NCBI GenBank assembly: GCA_964016885.1
Contig: OZ024742.1
Location: forward strand, 76,756,001 to 76,820,000
Direction: 5' to 3'
Length of the DNA: 64,000 nucleotides
From: Eledone cirrhosa
Taxonomy: Eukaryota
In this document: in pieces, positions 12,421 through 30,849 of the stretch
Numbering within the stretch: the first letter of the stretch is position 1
How the letters are laid out: every line of letters starts with the position of its first letter
Translations under genes and position numbers: made by a program
The notes under the pieces: model-generated
Database searches by the model: none
What the model was told of the DNA's origin: nothing
Seen by the model: the letters and a program-made list of their open reading frames with translations, nothing else

Positions 12421-14879
12421 TGACTACATAAGAGCAATTACCAAATTCAACGTAATTCTTTTACAGGTAAACTATTCTCATATACAATCCTCGATGAATA
12501 AATACTATCGTGATATTGTGGCGTATCTAAATTTGCTAATGATTACTAAATAAGACATTCTGTTATTATGCATGGTGAAGTTCAGTTTGATTTCATAATG
12601 GAAACATTTAAATGATTAAGACTAATATTCCTTCATTTGCTGTGCAATGAATAGCATAAATAGTTCTATTTTTGAAGGATTTGTTCTATTTACTATTTAT
12701 GTGCTTCTGTATTGTATTTTGGGCAGAAATGCATTTAGTGCTATTATTCTTTGTGTAATTTTCAATTGGTCATGCAAGAAATATAAGTTAAACCCTAATC
12801 CGTTAAGGTGAATGTCGTGACACACACAGAAATATATATCTACATCCATGCAAAAACGTGATTTCCTGAAACAAATCGAAATGCATTGAATGTTCATGCA
12901 TAAACAAATACGTATATATGTTCTTCACGTTTTAGTATGTTTTTCATAGATACAAAATCAGTTTTTATCATAGAAAAAATAATATTTTATTGAAATTTAT
13001 ACATTCACTTATTATGCTACTCCCCTATCTTGAGCACAGACAAAATCCAAACCCCTAACCAATTAATTCTTCTTTTTAATTATTATTCTAACAAAGCTGT
13101 ACATTTAAGAAAAATAAAACAGTTATGTCATGATTCGCAAATTCAGTAGAATGCTAAACGAAATGCTTTGAGTAATTTAGTTACATAAATTCATTTTTTT
13201 AGATTGCCTTTCAAACTTCCGAGTTCGAGAAATCCTAAAATCAGTCTAGTACAGGAATTAATTTTATCGAGTAGCACCACCAACAACAAACTCGCCAACA
13301 TATTATGTGGCCTTGAATCTAAGGTAGGAATCATTTTTAGTGATATTGTGCTTATTCGTATTAATAGTGGAGTTGACAAGAGGATTGTTGAACAAGCTAT
13401 TAAAATAAAAATTGTACGTTATGTGAGAAAGAAAGTGGCACAAATTCCACTGATATGAGATTCAGCGTAATTGCTAGATATATTCAATATATGTAATAGA
13501 ATTGGCAAAATATTTTCTTCTTCCTTATCTGATTTTATTATTTCCTCAATTTATTATGCTTTATTGTTAATCTATTTCCTTTTCCTCAAAAGCTTATTGT
13601 TTTTAGTTCTATATTTCTATTTCATTTGGTATTGATCTAACATAATTTCTCTTCTATTGTCATTAAATTTTGAGATTATTATTTCCATTTGTGGTCATTT
13701 CCCGGCAATATCCTTCTCTTCTGGCCTTTCTATTTATTTAGATTTTTATTGACCTAAAATAGTTTTGTTATTTTGCAAAATCTTATTTTCATATTTTGGT
13801 TTACAAAATCCCATTATCAGAATTTCACTGTTCTGTAATTTATTTCAAGTAAACAACTATATCTTAAGCTTAGTTCTATTTTACCGTAACAATTATTTTA
13901 AAGTACACCAAATACTTCATAGAAGTAGTTCAAATAACTGATATTATTTTTCTGACATTTCTTTTTACTAAATTATTTGAGCTAATGAGTCACTGTCAGT
14001 TATCTAATTTTATTTATATTTCTTTTCACTATTTCATATTATTTAAATTTAAATTCTATTGCAAATATTTCAAATAATGAAAACAGATTGGCAAACACGT
14101 AAGAACCCAAGAAAAGGAAAATTCAACATTGTAAGGAAAATATTCTCATATTTTTCTAAAACGTCCCTACCCGTTCACCAAAACGGTTTTAGCTTGATCG
14201 TTTGCGTGAAATATTTTAGGTAAAGCAAATAGATTGGCAAACAATCTATTATTTAGATAACTTATTGCACGTTCAAGTTCGATAATAACTCTTAGTTCGA
14301 GAGAATAGTAACACGAATGAAAAGGGTTAGATAATATGGATAATATTTCAAACGAATAAAACAGTTTTCGTCATATCTATACACAATAAAATGCCTATAC
14401 TCTATCAACGCATTGAGTACATTTTGTAACAGTGGATAACTGCCGACGCCACTCGGAAATGTACATATTATATATGAATGACTCATTTAGTACGACTCAT
14501 ATAAGCCCGATCGCAATTTTTCATATCCTCAAAGTACTGGCAAACTCGTGTGCATAACATAATACACCTATCTATTGAATAGGTGTTTTAAGTAAAGCAA
14601 CCAATATCGGTTTGAAGATTGAATACTTAGTAAATCGAACTTAAACATAGCAGCTAATGCGGGGAATAAGATGTGGGAATACCTAAAAGTTTTTTTGTAG
14701 TCGACAATGCGAGGTCATCGTGTTATGGATAAAATACGATCTTTATTGATCCAGTCTTGTTCTATGAAACAAGAAAGTGAAATTCCTTAAGATCGATTAC
14801 ATTTTAAATTTGTCATTTTCTAATATTAATTTGAGGATGCAATGCAGATTGAAATTAATAATGAATTGTTATCAGTTAA

Positions 14880-15040
14880 TTGTAGCGAACTAACGAATCC
14901 CCTAACTAATCGATATGATCTCAGACTTCATTAGAATACCAGATTGGGGTGGGAGGCATCAAATCGGACCAAGGAAATAATGCTTCCACTGGTCTTTCAA
15001 TTGCTGATACTATATATCAGCCGCAACTACTGACAGAAAC
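14880..15040 (-). mobile_element. SINE 3' fragment related to 11960-12050
   Basis: Reverse complement aligns to GGAGTTGCGACCGATAGATAGTATTAGCAACTGGAAAGAC...TCGGTCCGATTTGA. Confidence 0.6.
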
Positions 15041-17351
15041 CTCTTTAAGCAACGCACATTCACATGACTGAATAAACTGCCCAAATGTAGTTTAATGATA
15101 AATTCTTTAAGATTCGCCATATAATTCTTCTATTAATTATTCTACCCATTAGAATAATACGAGATATTTCATTTTAGGAATGTACGTTTGTCAGTACTAG
15201 ACTTAGAAAACAAGCACCTATATGCTAAGAGCAAGAATGTTATGGAATCTGGGGTTTGAGCAGTATCTGTAAAAGGTATAAATATTTTTACCGAGTCCGG
15301 TGCATCGCATTTGCTTCCAGCCGCACATCTCATATTATTATATGTTTCACAATAATAGGTTTTGGTGAATCTCGGTGCTATAGACGTGTTTGAAAAATAA
15401 TATATATATATATATATATGCATGTGAGACGATATCACCTATCCCCTGGGACCCTCATGGCCAAGACTGGCAAGAAACAGTAGTCGGTAGAAGGAGTCCA
15501 GGCAGTGGTTCCTCCTTCGTGAGTGATTTCAAGATCCTGGATCAAGATACATACAAAACAAATAGCTCAAGCAAAAACGAATGATTCTGATAAATTGCAA
15601 TATTAAATAATTCTTCGTCGATGTGGATTGGAAAAAATGTAAAAGCTCGTTTTACAATTACTTCAATGGAAGTAAACATTATTTTCAGCGTAATCAGTTC
15701 TTTTCTTTTGGCGAGGTGGGTGGTTTGATAACTGAGAAACTACTTTAATGCGTACCTGAATTACAAGTATAAATGCAAAAATAGGAATTCTGAATAAACT
15801 CTATCGAATTTGAAATACCGATTTACATAAATACTGCTATACAAAACATCAGCACTCGTTGCCGTGCGTATTCAACTTCACACATACGTCATTTTATAAT
15901 TTCTACGAAAACTAATTATGCAAATTAGTGTTTCAGATTTAGTGACGTTCTCATTCATAGAAAATATATACACTTATAATCAGCGGACATACAATAGTCA
16001 GTTAGACAGTCCCTAAAATGTTTGGCTGAATAATCTACATTTCTGTCCATGAAAAAATTGTAAAATATGTGTTTACATTACCTTGGCCAGATTAGCGTAT
16101 ATATTGATGGATAATAATGAATTTCCATTACCAATCTTTATTGTATTTCATTAATTTATTTACAATTTTGTACGATAATTCTTTTCATCCTGATTACACT
16201 GATACACTTTATTCATTAGTATAGATTACTTTAAAAGATTGTATTCTTTAAATCTAACCTGGTTCAGAAGATCGTTTCCCTATCTTTATTTTCTGCATAG
16301 TTATTTGTTAAATTTATTCACGTAGGGAAAATTTATTTTATTTGTAATAAGCGAAGAAGAATACATTTCTGATTGATTTAAATTGTTTTATCATATATTT
16401 GTCGATTTTAATGAAATTGAAATATTTTATCGATATTTCTGACATGTTTGACATATACATCTCTGAATCATTTCCTATGTCAAAAATTACGAGACATATT
16501 TTAAGAACGTGATAATTCTTCCTACGCCACAATCGAATTGGTAAATTTTAGTTTATTTTTCATCTCTTCAGGTTCTCAAGTTCAACAGTTTCATTGTCTT
16601 TACTGTTTCTGTTATTAAAATCATTTGTTTTTGTGATTAAAAATCAGCCTATCTCATAAAATCAATAATATTTTTCGTTGAGCAGGATATTTTAAATTTT
16701 GTTTCTTTATGTTTGTGTTTATGTTGACTCTAAATATTAATATTATTGTTTGTATTCATTGATATTGTGTACGAAACACTTTTATTTCCGTAGTTTAATC
16801 TATATGTTCAATCAAATACGCTTTAACTCTACTAACAATGATATATTTCATTATTCGAGTGGATATTTTATTTAGTGAGTAAAATTACTCACTATGAAGG
16901 AGTATATTAAGGAACAAAGCATATATGATACTTTATATGTAAACTATTTATGTTGGCCAAATAATAAATAATAATGTTCTCGACATAAATGCATTCTAAT
17001 CGTTACTAAAAATATAATTCTACAAAGTGTAAACACATAGTGTATTTAACCGAAATTTTGGGTAAACAACTCTCATGGTATCTTTCAAAAATCAATATAC
17101 TATAGGTAACATATGACTTATAACCTGTTGTTAATAGAAGAAAACTGGGACGAAAAATATAGCAGACAAGCATAAGTATTATATACATTAATTATCAGCA
17201 TAAGAAGCTGTAGAATACCGATGCGAGACCAATGGTGATTGATTACACCATGAGCAGCTCAATAGCAAAAAGCATGTCATGTGTGAATAAAATGTGTAAG
17301 ATGCAATCTGGATACTTTATTACTGGCTGCATATTATTGTATATATATATT

Positions 17352-17394
<43 letters not shown>

Positions 17395-17396
17395 GC

Positions 17397-17525
<129 letters not shown>

Positions 17526-17686
17526 GAATTGGAGCTCTGAAATAGCAATATATATATATGGATGTATATATAATGTATTTTGCAATACACTTTATGCTTA
17601 ATTAAAAGCATTTTTGAAGACCGTATGCTATTGTTTTAGAGTAGTGACAAATTCACTTAATTTAATCTCAGCAAACAGGGGAGATA

Positions 17687-17732
17687 AGCCGACAAGGGCC
17701 TTGTTTCGCTTTTGTTGAAGCTTATCAAGGCT
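17687..17732 (-). ncRNA. Type I hammerhead ribozyme, U3-A8 core variant (copy 1)
   Basis: Reverse complement reads AGCC-TTGATAA-GCTT(caacaa)AAGC-GAAAC-AAGGCCCTT-GTC-GGCT. Confidence 0.75.
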
Positions 17733-17844
17733 AACTACCCATCCTGTCTACTGAGATTACTGATGTTATATCCTTATAAAATTCTAGTAAATAATCAGGA
17801 GCTGATTATACAGAGCGATTGTTGGTCAGACAGGAGGGGTAGTT

Positions 17845-17890
17845 AGCCTTGATAAGCTTCAACAAAAGCGAAACAAAGCCCTTGTCGGCT
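17845..17890 (+). ncRNA. Type I hammerhead ribozyme, U3-A8 core variant (copy 2)
   Basis: AGCC-TTGATAA-GCTT(caacaa)AAGC-GAAAC-AAAGCCCTT-GTC-GGCT; predicted cleavage after C17886. Confidence 0.7.
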
Positions 17891-18162
17891 TATCTGCCCT
17901 ATTTGCTGAGATTAAAGTAAGTGAATTTGTCACTACTTTAAAACAATAGCATACGGTCTTCAAAATGCTTTTAATTAAGCATAAAGTGTATTGCAAAATA
18001 CATTATATATACATCCATATATATATTGCTATTTCAGAACTCCAATTCTAATTTTTAATTTCTGCCTGACCAACAATCGCTCTGTATAATCAGCTCCTGA
18101 TTATTTACTAGAATTCTATAAGAATATAACATTAGTAATCTCAGTAGACAGGAGGGGTAGTT

Positions 18163-18208
18163 AGCCTTGATAAGCTACAACAAAAGCGAAACAAGGCCCT
18201 TGTCGGCT
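18163..18208 (+). ncRNA. Type I hammerhead ribozyme, U3-A8 core variant (copy 3)
   Basis: AGCC-TTGATAA-GCT(acaacaaa)AGC-GAAAC-AAGGCCCTT-GTC-GGCT; predicted cleavage after C18204. Confidence 0.75.
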
Positions 18209-18340
18209 TATCTCCCCTGTTTGCTGAGATTAAAGTAAGTGAATTTGTCACTACTCTACAGCAATAGCATACTGTCTTGAAAATGCTTTTAATTAAGCAT
18301 AAAGTGTATTGCAAAATACATTATGTATACATCCATATAT

Positions 18341-19153
<813 letters not shown>

Positions 19154-20756
19154 AGTTTCTTTTATTTGCCACTAGGGCATCAAAAGTGGGACAAGTACAA
19201 AGGGGGGAGTTCACACAAAAAGGCGTCCTCAATAAGGAGGAGGCAATAACAAAATATAAAAATAAAATAAGATATAACAAAAAATAAAATTTTTAACAAA
19301 ATCCTCAATAGAGAGGAGGTGCCTTGGGGGGTCGCACACACCCCCGAAAAAAGTGTGCAACCCTTTTCCTCAGGAGCACAGAGAGGGGGTGCTCCCTCGT
19401 TCCTTCCTCTTTTCCACCTACAGGCTTATGTAAAGAGAAGGCCCATTCACACGGGCCATTCTCGCCACTTTCACCCACCTTTCATAAAAACGACTGGGGT
19501 GCAGCACCTCTCTCTCCATCCTGATCCTTCTTCCGAAATGATATCGGAAGAAACGGACCAGTTGTTGGCCAGAGAGAAAGGTGCCTGACCTCAGTCCTTT
19601 TAGACGCGTCCACCATACAACCTCTTTCGCCATGGCTATTACGCACAGAAACACCGCCTCTGCTTCATCTTTGAAGGGGGGAGGCGGCTTGATCATTACA
19701 ATAGACTCGGTGGTCAACCGGATCGGTCCCACCCTTGACAGCAGTTGTTCGACATAGCCCCACAGATCGGCTACGCCCGAGCAGTGTACCAATGCGTGTG
19801 CAACGGTTTCCTCGTCGCACACGCATCTGGGACAGATCTTTTTGTCGGGGTCCCTACCCGGGCGCCCGTGTCTGTAGAGCCTTTCTCGAACGGGTAAAGC
19901 CCCTCGGTAGCACTGCCAGGCCAGGGACTTCTGGAAGTTGTCCATAGGTCCCGGGCTGAATGTCCTACCGAACAGGCTGGCCAGTTCGTCCTCCTCCATA
20001 TCTAGGGCTTCTCCGAGGGCGTCGTCGCACCTGCTGCGTACCAGCCCTCTATAGAATGTTGCGGTGGAGTCTCCACTGATAACCGGATCCGCCTGCCAGA
20101 GGGCGGTGAGCGCCTGGGCACACTCAGTGTGCCAGGCGCCCAGTTTTCTCGGTCTTTGCTTGACGCAGGATTGCAGCTCGGTGAGTGAGACGAGTCTGGG
20201 AAAGGTTCGTCTCACAAACGAGGCCCACACCGGTTGTCCGGTGAGGAATCCGTAGAGGTGCCGTAGCCTTAATGCGTGTTTACGCATCATTAGCCACGGC
20301 ATCCCCAGTCCTCCTTTCGAAGGGTGTTGACAGCAGATGGATCTCCTCACCATAGGAGCCCGCCTCTTCCAAAGGAATTGGAAGAGCGCGCGCTCCATCT
20401 TGGTGAGGGTTTCCCTTGGGCAGGGCACTATGGTCAGGCGGTAGCAGATGACGGACGCTATATAAGTGTTCGCCACCTCCGCCCGACCTTTCAGGGATAG
20501 TTTGCAACTGGCCCACTTCTGGGTCAGTGCAAACACCCTGTTCGTAACCTCCGCCCAGTTTTTCTCCACCTGGAGGTCCGGTCCGAACCAGACCCCGAGC
20601 AACTTCACTGGGCCCTCCGTCCAGCGTCCGACGACGCCATCAGAGGGCATCGGTCTGCCCCTCCACGTGCCGAGTTGCAAACCGATCGACTTGTCCCGGT
20701 TCAGCTTAGCCCCTGTGAACTGTTCGTACTCCTCCAGTAAGGTGCCGACCGCCTCG
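19154..20756 (-). mobile_element. Tx1/L1-like LINE, 5'-truncated (ORF2 RT C-terminus plus Zn-finger)
   Basis: Open frame 19418-20756: [54 protein letters not shown]. The 3' end is shared with the other copies. Microsatellite on both sides. Confidence 0.92.
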
Positions 20757-21072
20757 ATAGATATAGATAGATAGATAGATAGATAGATATATATAGATAG
20801 ATAGATATATAGATAGATAGATATATAGATATATATAGATATATAGATATATATAGATAGATAGATATATATAGATAGATATATAGATAGATAGATAGAT
20901 ATAGATAGATAGATAGATAGATATATATAGATAGATAGATAGATATATATAGATAGAGATAGATAGATATCTATATAAATAGATAGATAGATATATAGAT
21001 ATAGATAGATATATAGATATAGATAGATATATAGATAGATAGATAGATATATATATATATATATATAGATAT

Positions 21073-21136
<64 letters not shown>

Positions 21137-21142
21137 ATATAT

Positions 21143-21177
<35 letters not shown>

Positions 21178-21272
21178 TATATATATAGATATATATATAT
21201 ATATATATAGATATATATATATATATATAGATATAGATATATATAGATATATATATATATATATATAGATAT

Positions 21273-21313
<41 letters not shown>

Positions 21314-21562
21314 TATAGATATATATATAGATATATATATATATATATATATAGATATATATATAGATATATATATAGATATATATATAGATATATATAT
21401 AGATATATATATAGATATATATATAGATATATATATATAGATATATATAGATATATATATAGATATATATATAGATATATATATAGATATATATATAGAT
21501 ATATATATAGATATATATAGATATATATATATAGATATATATAGATATATATATATATATAT

Positions 21563-21611
<49 letters not shown>

Positions 21612-21890
21612 TATATATATAGAGATATATATAGATATATATATATATGTAGATATATATATATATAGAGAGATATATAGAGATATATAGATATATATAT
21701 AGAGATATATATAGATATATAGATATATATATATAGAGAGATATATATAGATATATAGATATAGATATATAGATATATATATATATAGAGAGATATATAT
21801 AGATATAGAGATATATATATAGAGAGAGATATATATAGATATATAGATATAGATATATATAGATATATATAGATATATATATATATAGAT

Positions 21891-21935
<45 letters not shown>

Positions 21936-21945
21936 TATATATATA
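20757..21945. repeat. (ATAG)n/(AT)n microsatellite
   Basis: Directly visible. Confidence 0.95.
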
Positions 21946-21949
21946 TTTC

Positions 21950-22210
21950 GTTTCTGAATTTGTTTAGCAAGATTCTTTATCTGAAATCGTGTGTTGAAAC
22001 CGATATTGTTATACTTTGGGAGGGTCATGTTGCCAATAAGAAACACACGCACCAGATGCTTTCACTTCAATTTATTATATATTTATAAGTTTATAAATTT
22101 ACAAATCTACAAACCTTATAAATTTCTGGTTGGTTGGTTGGTTCCACAATTAGAAGAAAGGAAAGGCACAGAAACAAAGAAAGGAATCCCCAGTCACTGA
22201 AGAGGTCACA
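21950..22210. mobile_element. PLE terminal-repeat fragment (family of the 30846/34398 ends), cut by the assembly gap
   Basis: GAAATCGTGTGTTGAAACCGATATTGTTATACTTTGGGAGGGTCAT is shared with 30846, 34398 (reverse complement) and 62780. It ends in GTCA-CTGAAGA-GGTCACA, the 5' half of an HHR. Confidence 0.7.
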
Positions 22211-22410
22211 NNNNNNNNNNNNNNNNNNNNNNNNNNNNNNNNNNNNNNNNNNNNNNNNNNNNNNNNNNNNNNNNNNNNNNNNNNNNNNNNNNNNNNNNNN
22301 NNNNNNNNNNNNNNNNNNNNNNNNNNNNNNNNNNNNNNNNNNNNNNNNNNNNNNNNNNNNNNNNNNNNNNNNNNNNNNNNNNNNNNNNNNNNNNNNNNNN
22401 NNNNNNNNNN
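22211..22410. other. Assembly gap (200 N)
   Basis: Run of N. Confidence 1.
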
Positions 22411-26066
<3,656 letters not shown>

Positions 26067-28424
26067 ATGGAAAGTTATATTTAAATTGTTGGTTAACAAC
26101 GAGTAAATATTTATAACTGATATAAATGCACTCAACAAGTATTTGGAGTATATTTATGATATTAAATAAATGGAAACTATATTTATAAAACCATATTTAT
26201 TTCATTATATATATTTCAGGGATATCATATTAACAATATGTTATGCCTTCTTCAGACAAAATACAATATAAACAGTCTTATAAATAAATACATACGACAT
26301 ACCTTTCAATCGACTTGCATTTGGGAAGTTGATTTGGCAGTAAAAAATATTGTGGACAGTTGTAAAAAGAAAGAGAGAAAGAAAGAAAGAAAGAAAAACG
26401 AAGAAAAAGAAGAAATGCATGTGACTAAATAGAGAGATATAGAAAGATAGACAAAGAGAAGAACTTCATGTAAAGAAACAGAGAGAGATATATAGAGAGA
26501 GGAAAAAAAGAAAGAGATAGATAGAGATAGATAGAGAAACTAGGTAGTTGAGTATCAGTTGATACATTTATTTATTTATTTATTTATTTATTTAGCTCTA
26601 GTATTAATGTAAAGAGAGATGTATGCAGTTAAGAGAGAAAATAGCCGTTATATAGAGAGAAAAAGGAGAAAATGAAAAAGAGAAAATGAAAAATAACCAG
26701 ACATAAACGAGGCAGAATTTAAAAACGCTATGTTTCATCATGTAGAAAATATTAGTTCGTATAAAACAGGCATTATAATGTAAGTACCAGTATTCATGAA
26801 TGAGACATGTATCTATAATGTGTGAAAAGTAATGATCCTATGGCTAGTTTTTTAAAATTCATATGTTTATATCATAATTATAAACAAACTCCCAATTCAC
26901 ACGAAAACATTCTCATTGTGCTATAAAAATTCAAGTATACATATATGTGTGTATATATACACATATATATAGAGTCTATATTAATTTTAACAATACTATT
27001 CTTGTCATTACTCTACATGATTGTCGATCAAGCAGAAATAGAGAACAGATTTCAATATATTAATAAAAATAAAAATAAAAATAAAAATATCAGAGACAAG
27101 AAAATAAATAAATAAACAGAAAACTAAAACATTTAATATTAAAATAAAAATATTACAAAATATTAAAAAATAATAAAAATAAAACATAGTATGCCACGCA
27201 AATCGGCCACAAAGATCAGCCTTTCAAAGTTAATTGACAATATATTGCCAAGTTCATCATAAGCATCAGAGTCGAAACAGATAAAACAAAAATTATTTAC
27301 CAAATCCTGTCTAGCAGAAATCATTCCAAAAGTTTAGGATACCCATTTGGTCTACATATGTTCTTATATTTAATATAGAAGTTTATCTAGTGTAAAAATT
27401 TAATTCGATATATTTGGAGCATCAGCTTTTAGGGTAGTTTAATTATTCATGAAGAATGTTTTAATGAAAAGAAGAAATCGAAAGATTTATCGGCTAGTTT
27501 CATAAATGATTACAAATCAAATCAAACATAACTACATTTTAAATTTAAATTTATATTTAAACGTTGAGTTCAATCTATGTCTGCAGCAACTGAATAAATT
27601 TGTCCGTAGATTAAGGGAATTTTTAGATTTTAGTATAAAGAATATCTCCTCCGCACAGAGGTCACATGTCTCAGAGGATGAATTAAAATGAATCCCTCTT
27701 GAAACTATATTCCAAGTCGTCGAATATCTAACGTTATCATTCTTAAGTTGCCAGAGTACGCCTGATAGTGCTGTTGAAGATTTTTTGGATGGATCTGTGA
27801 AAGAATTCTTGTGGTTGTTATAGCGAAGTTTAAATTCCGTCGATGTGGAACCAACGTAGTTAAAAGAATTAACGTCCGTTTTAACATTACAGTTGTATAT
27901 TATATTTTTAACTAAGCAGTTGTTATTTAACGGACATTTAGATCTATCTCTACAGTTACATTTGTTAACCTGGATATTATTTATGCTATTATCGCTAGGT
28001 TTTAAGTTCCTATTATTTATTCTATTAATATTTTGTGCTAAAATTTTGGTGGATGAGTAGGTTAATTTTATAGTATGTCTATTGAAAATTGAGTGATACC
28101 TATGTGTTCTAGGGAAGCGATTATCAAGAGCTTTAAAAAATAGTTTACCGATGTGGGTTTTAATGTTTAGTGAGAAAGGGGGGGCAAACCATATTATATT
28201 CCTAGTTCCATTTCCTTTAGGTTGTATGTTTTTAGTATTTTTAGTAGAAGGTATATATTCTAATCTATTTTTGTGGCCACTTCTATCTAGAGCTTCGTTA
28301 TAGAAGGTCGCATTTTTATCAAATACATCTTGGTTAGAAGAAAGGTTAGAAATTCTAAGTGATATATTATATGCAAGGTTTTTAAGGATAGATTTAGGGT
28401 GATTAGATTGTGAGTGTATGTAAT

Positions 28425-29117
28425 GTAAGCTAGGTGAATATATGAGCGCTTAGAGAATAGTGCCAGCACGAACGAAGGCCATTGAGCAGAGAGAGAAAAA
28501 ATAGCGTCCGTGAGTGCAGGATGAAATGAAGAGAAGAGGGAGAAAAACAGTGAGTGAGTGAAAGTGTGAGGAAGAGTTAACGGACCAGACAGAGGGGGAG
28601 AAACAGAGAGAATGGGGGAACAGTAAGAGAGTGAGAAAAAAACACAGAATCGCAGTGGTAAATATATGTATTAAAATATAGAGAAAAATACTGCAGGTAG
28701 CACATGGTAACATGTAATAAAATACGTCCCTCATCAGTGATTTGCCGAAGATCATAGATATTTCATTGCATTAAAAATCATATTTTTTATTTTTCTCTCT
28801 CTGCTCAATGGCCTTTGTTCGTGATGGCACTATTCTCTAAGCGCTCATATATTCACCTAGCTTACGCTAACAGAATAATTTTTGAAGCTTGTTTCTCTCC
28901 GACGGTATGCTATATTTTCTGTTGTTCTACTGTCTCACTCGCTTTACGCGTTTTAATTGTCCTAATAACTTATTTTGGTTATTATTGCACCGAAGTGAGA
29001 TATATGATTTTTAATGCAATGAAATATCTATGATCTTCGGCAAATCACTGATGAGGGACGTATTTTATTACATGTTACCATGTGCTACCTGCAGTATTTT
29101 TCTCTATATTTTAATAT
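28425..29117. mobile_element. Interlocked double inverted repeat (A B A' B'), probable rearranged PLE end
   Basis: A 28425-28499 / A' 28791-28865; B 28669-28783 / B' 29002-29117. B' contains GAAATATCTA-TGAT..ATCA-CTGATGA. Confidence 0.65.
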
Positions 29118-29335
29118 ATATATATATATATGTATATGTGTGTGTGTGTGTGTGTATTTATGTGTGTGTATATTTTTTTATGTATATGTATATATTTGTG
29201 TGTATGTATATATATATATATATATGTATATACATATGTGTATGTGTATGTGTGTGTATGTGTGTGTGTGTATATGTATATATGTATATGTGTGGGTGTG
29301 TGTATATATGTGTGTATATATGTGTATATATATGT

Positions 29336-29398
<63 letters not shown>

Positions 29399-29536
29399 TG
29401 TGTGTATATGTGTGTGTGTGTATGTGTGTATATATATATGTGTGTGTGTATATATATATATATGTGTATATATATATATATATGTATGTATGGTGCTCTC
29501 TCCTTATATTTGTGTATGTATGTGTATGTGTGTGTA

Positions 29537-29587
<51 letters not shown>

Positions 29588-29656
29588 ATGTATGTATGTA
29601 TGTGTGTGTGTGTGTTTGTATGTGTATATATTTGTTTATGTGTGTGTATATATATA

Positions 29657-29708
<52 letters not shown>

Positions 29709-29972
29709 CATGTGTGTGTGTGTATGTATATATGTGTATATATGTATATATGTGTGTATATATGTGTATATGTGTGTATATATATATGTATATATGTCTA
29801 TGTGTATTTGTGTGTATATACATGTATATTCGTGTTTGTATGTATGCGTGTGAGTGTATTTATTTGTGTATATATGTGTGTGTGTGTGTATGTATGTGTA
29901 TGTGTGCGTGTGTATCTGTATATATATATATATATATGTATATGTGTGTGTGTATATATGTGTATACATTTT

Positions 29973-30035
<63 letters not shown>

Positions 30036-30165
30036 TATATATGTATGTATGTATGTATGTATGTCTGTATGTACGTGTGTGTACATGAATATATATTTAT
30101 ATATTTTTATATATATATGTGTGTGTGTTTTTATGTGTGTATATGTGTTTGTGTGTGTGTTTATG
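29118..30165. repeat. Mixed (TG)n/(TA)n microsatellite
   Basis: Directly visible. Confidence 0.95.
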
Positions 30166-30683
30166 GTTGCGCGTAAGTGTGTGAGTGAGTATGTGTTTTT
30201 TTGTTTTTTTGTGAATGTGTCTGTTGATTTTTGGCATATAGTTGATTAGTTTAAGAGAAGTTCGAAGATAATAGTAAGATATGCACTCAGTATTTTGAAT
30301 CTGTCTGCAGAATTCTCTAGACCTTTGTCACTTAGTAGAACCTTAATGACTTTAGCTTTTAAAGAATCTCCCTTTTCTTTAATTCTATCGACTATGACTG
30401 ACCCCCCACTGATTTTATAGACATCTGTTAGCTTAAGAGAAACTTATTGACAAGGAATGGTAGGCCATCCGGAACCTGTTTATAGAATTCTGTCTGCCCC
30501 TGTTACTCTAAAAACATAAATAAATATAAATAAAAATAAAAATAAAAATAAACTATAGCTTTGTAGAATTAGCTTTTAATGAATTCCCTTTTCTATCAAC
30601 CAATGACCTGCACCCATCCCACTCCCCACCCTCTCCTACCACTTGTAGAGACCTATAAATACCATATTTATTTGTTGATACCC

Positions 30684-30734
30684 AGATTCCTGATGATTTC
30701 AAATGAATGAAACAGGTCTAGTCCTGTAGAATCT
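30684..30734 (+). ncRNA. Type I hammerhead ribozyme, canonical core
   Basis: AGATTC-CTGATGA-T-TTC(aaat)GAA-T-GAAAC-AGG(tctagt)CCT-GTA-GAATCT: 6-bp stem I, short stem II, 5-bp stem III, GUA cleavage triplet at 30726-30728. Confidence 0.85.
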
Positions 30735-30817
30735 CATCTATATTAAAACTGTTATACTCTGCTATGTATTGAGTACCTTACTTACTGTGGTTACCTCCGA
30801 TTCAACCCGGAATAACG

Positions 30818-30849
<32 letters not shown>

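Noticed and set aside
13191-13458. Short ORFs or a possible terminal exon
   Set aside because: No recognisable domain, several competing frames and only an acceptor-like site.
27200-28420. Possible decayed LINE APE domain (GNLRMITLDIR) on the minus strand
   Set aside because: Only one weak motif; downstream endonuclease motifs could not be traced.
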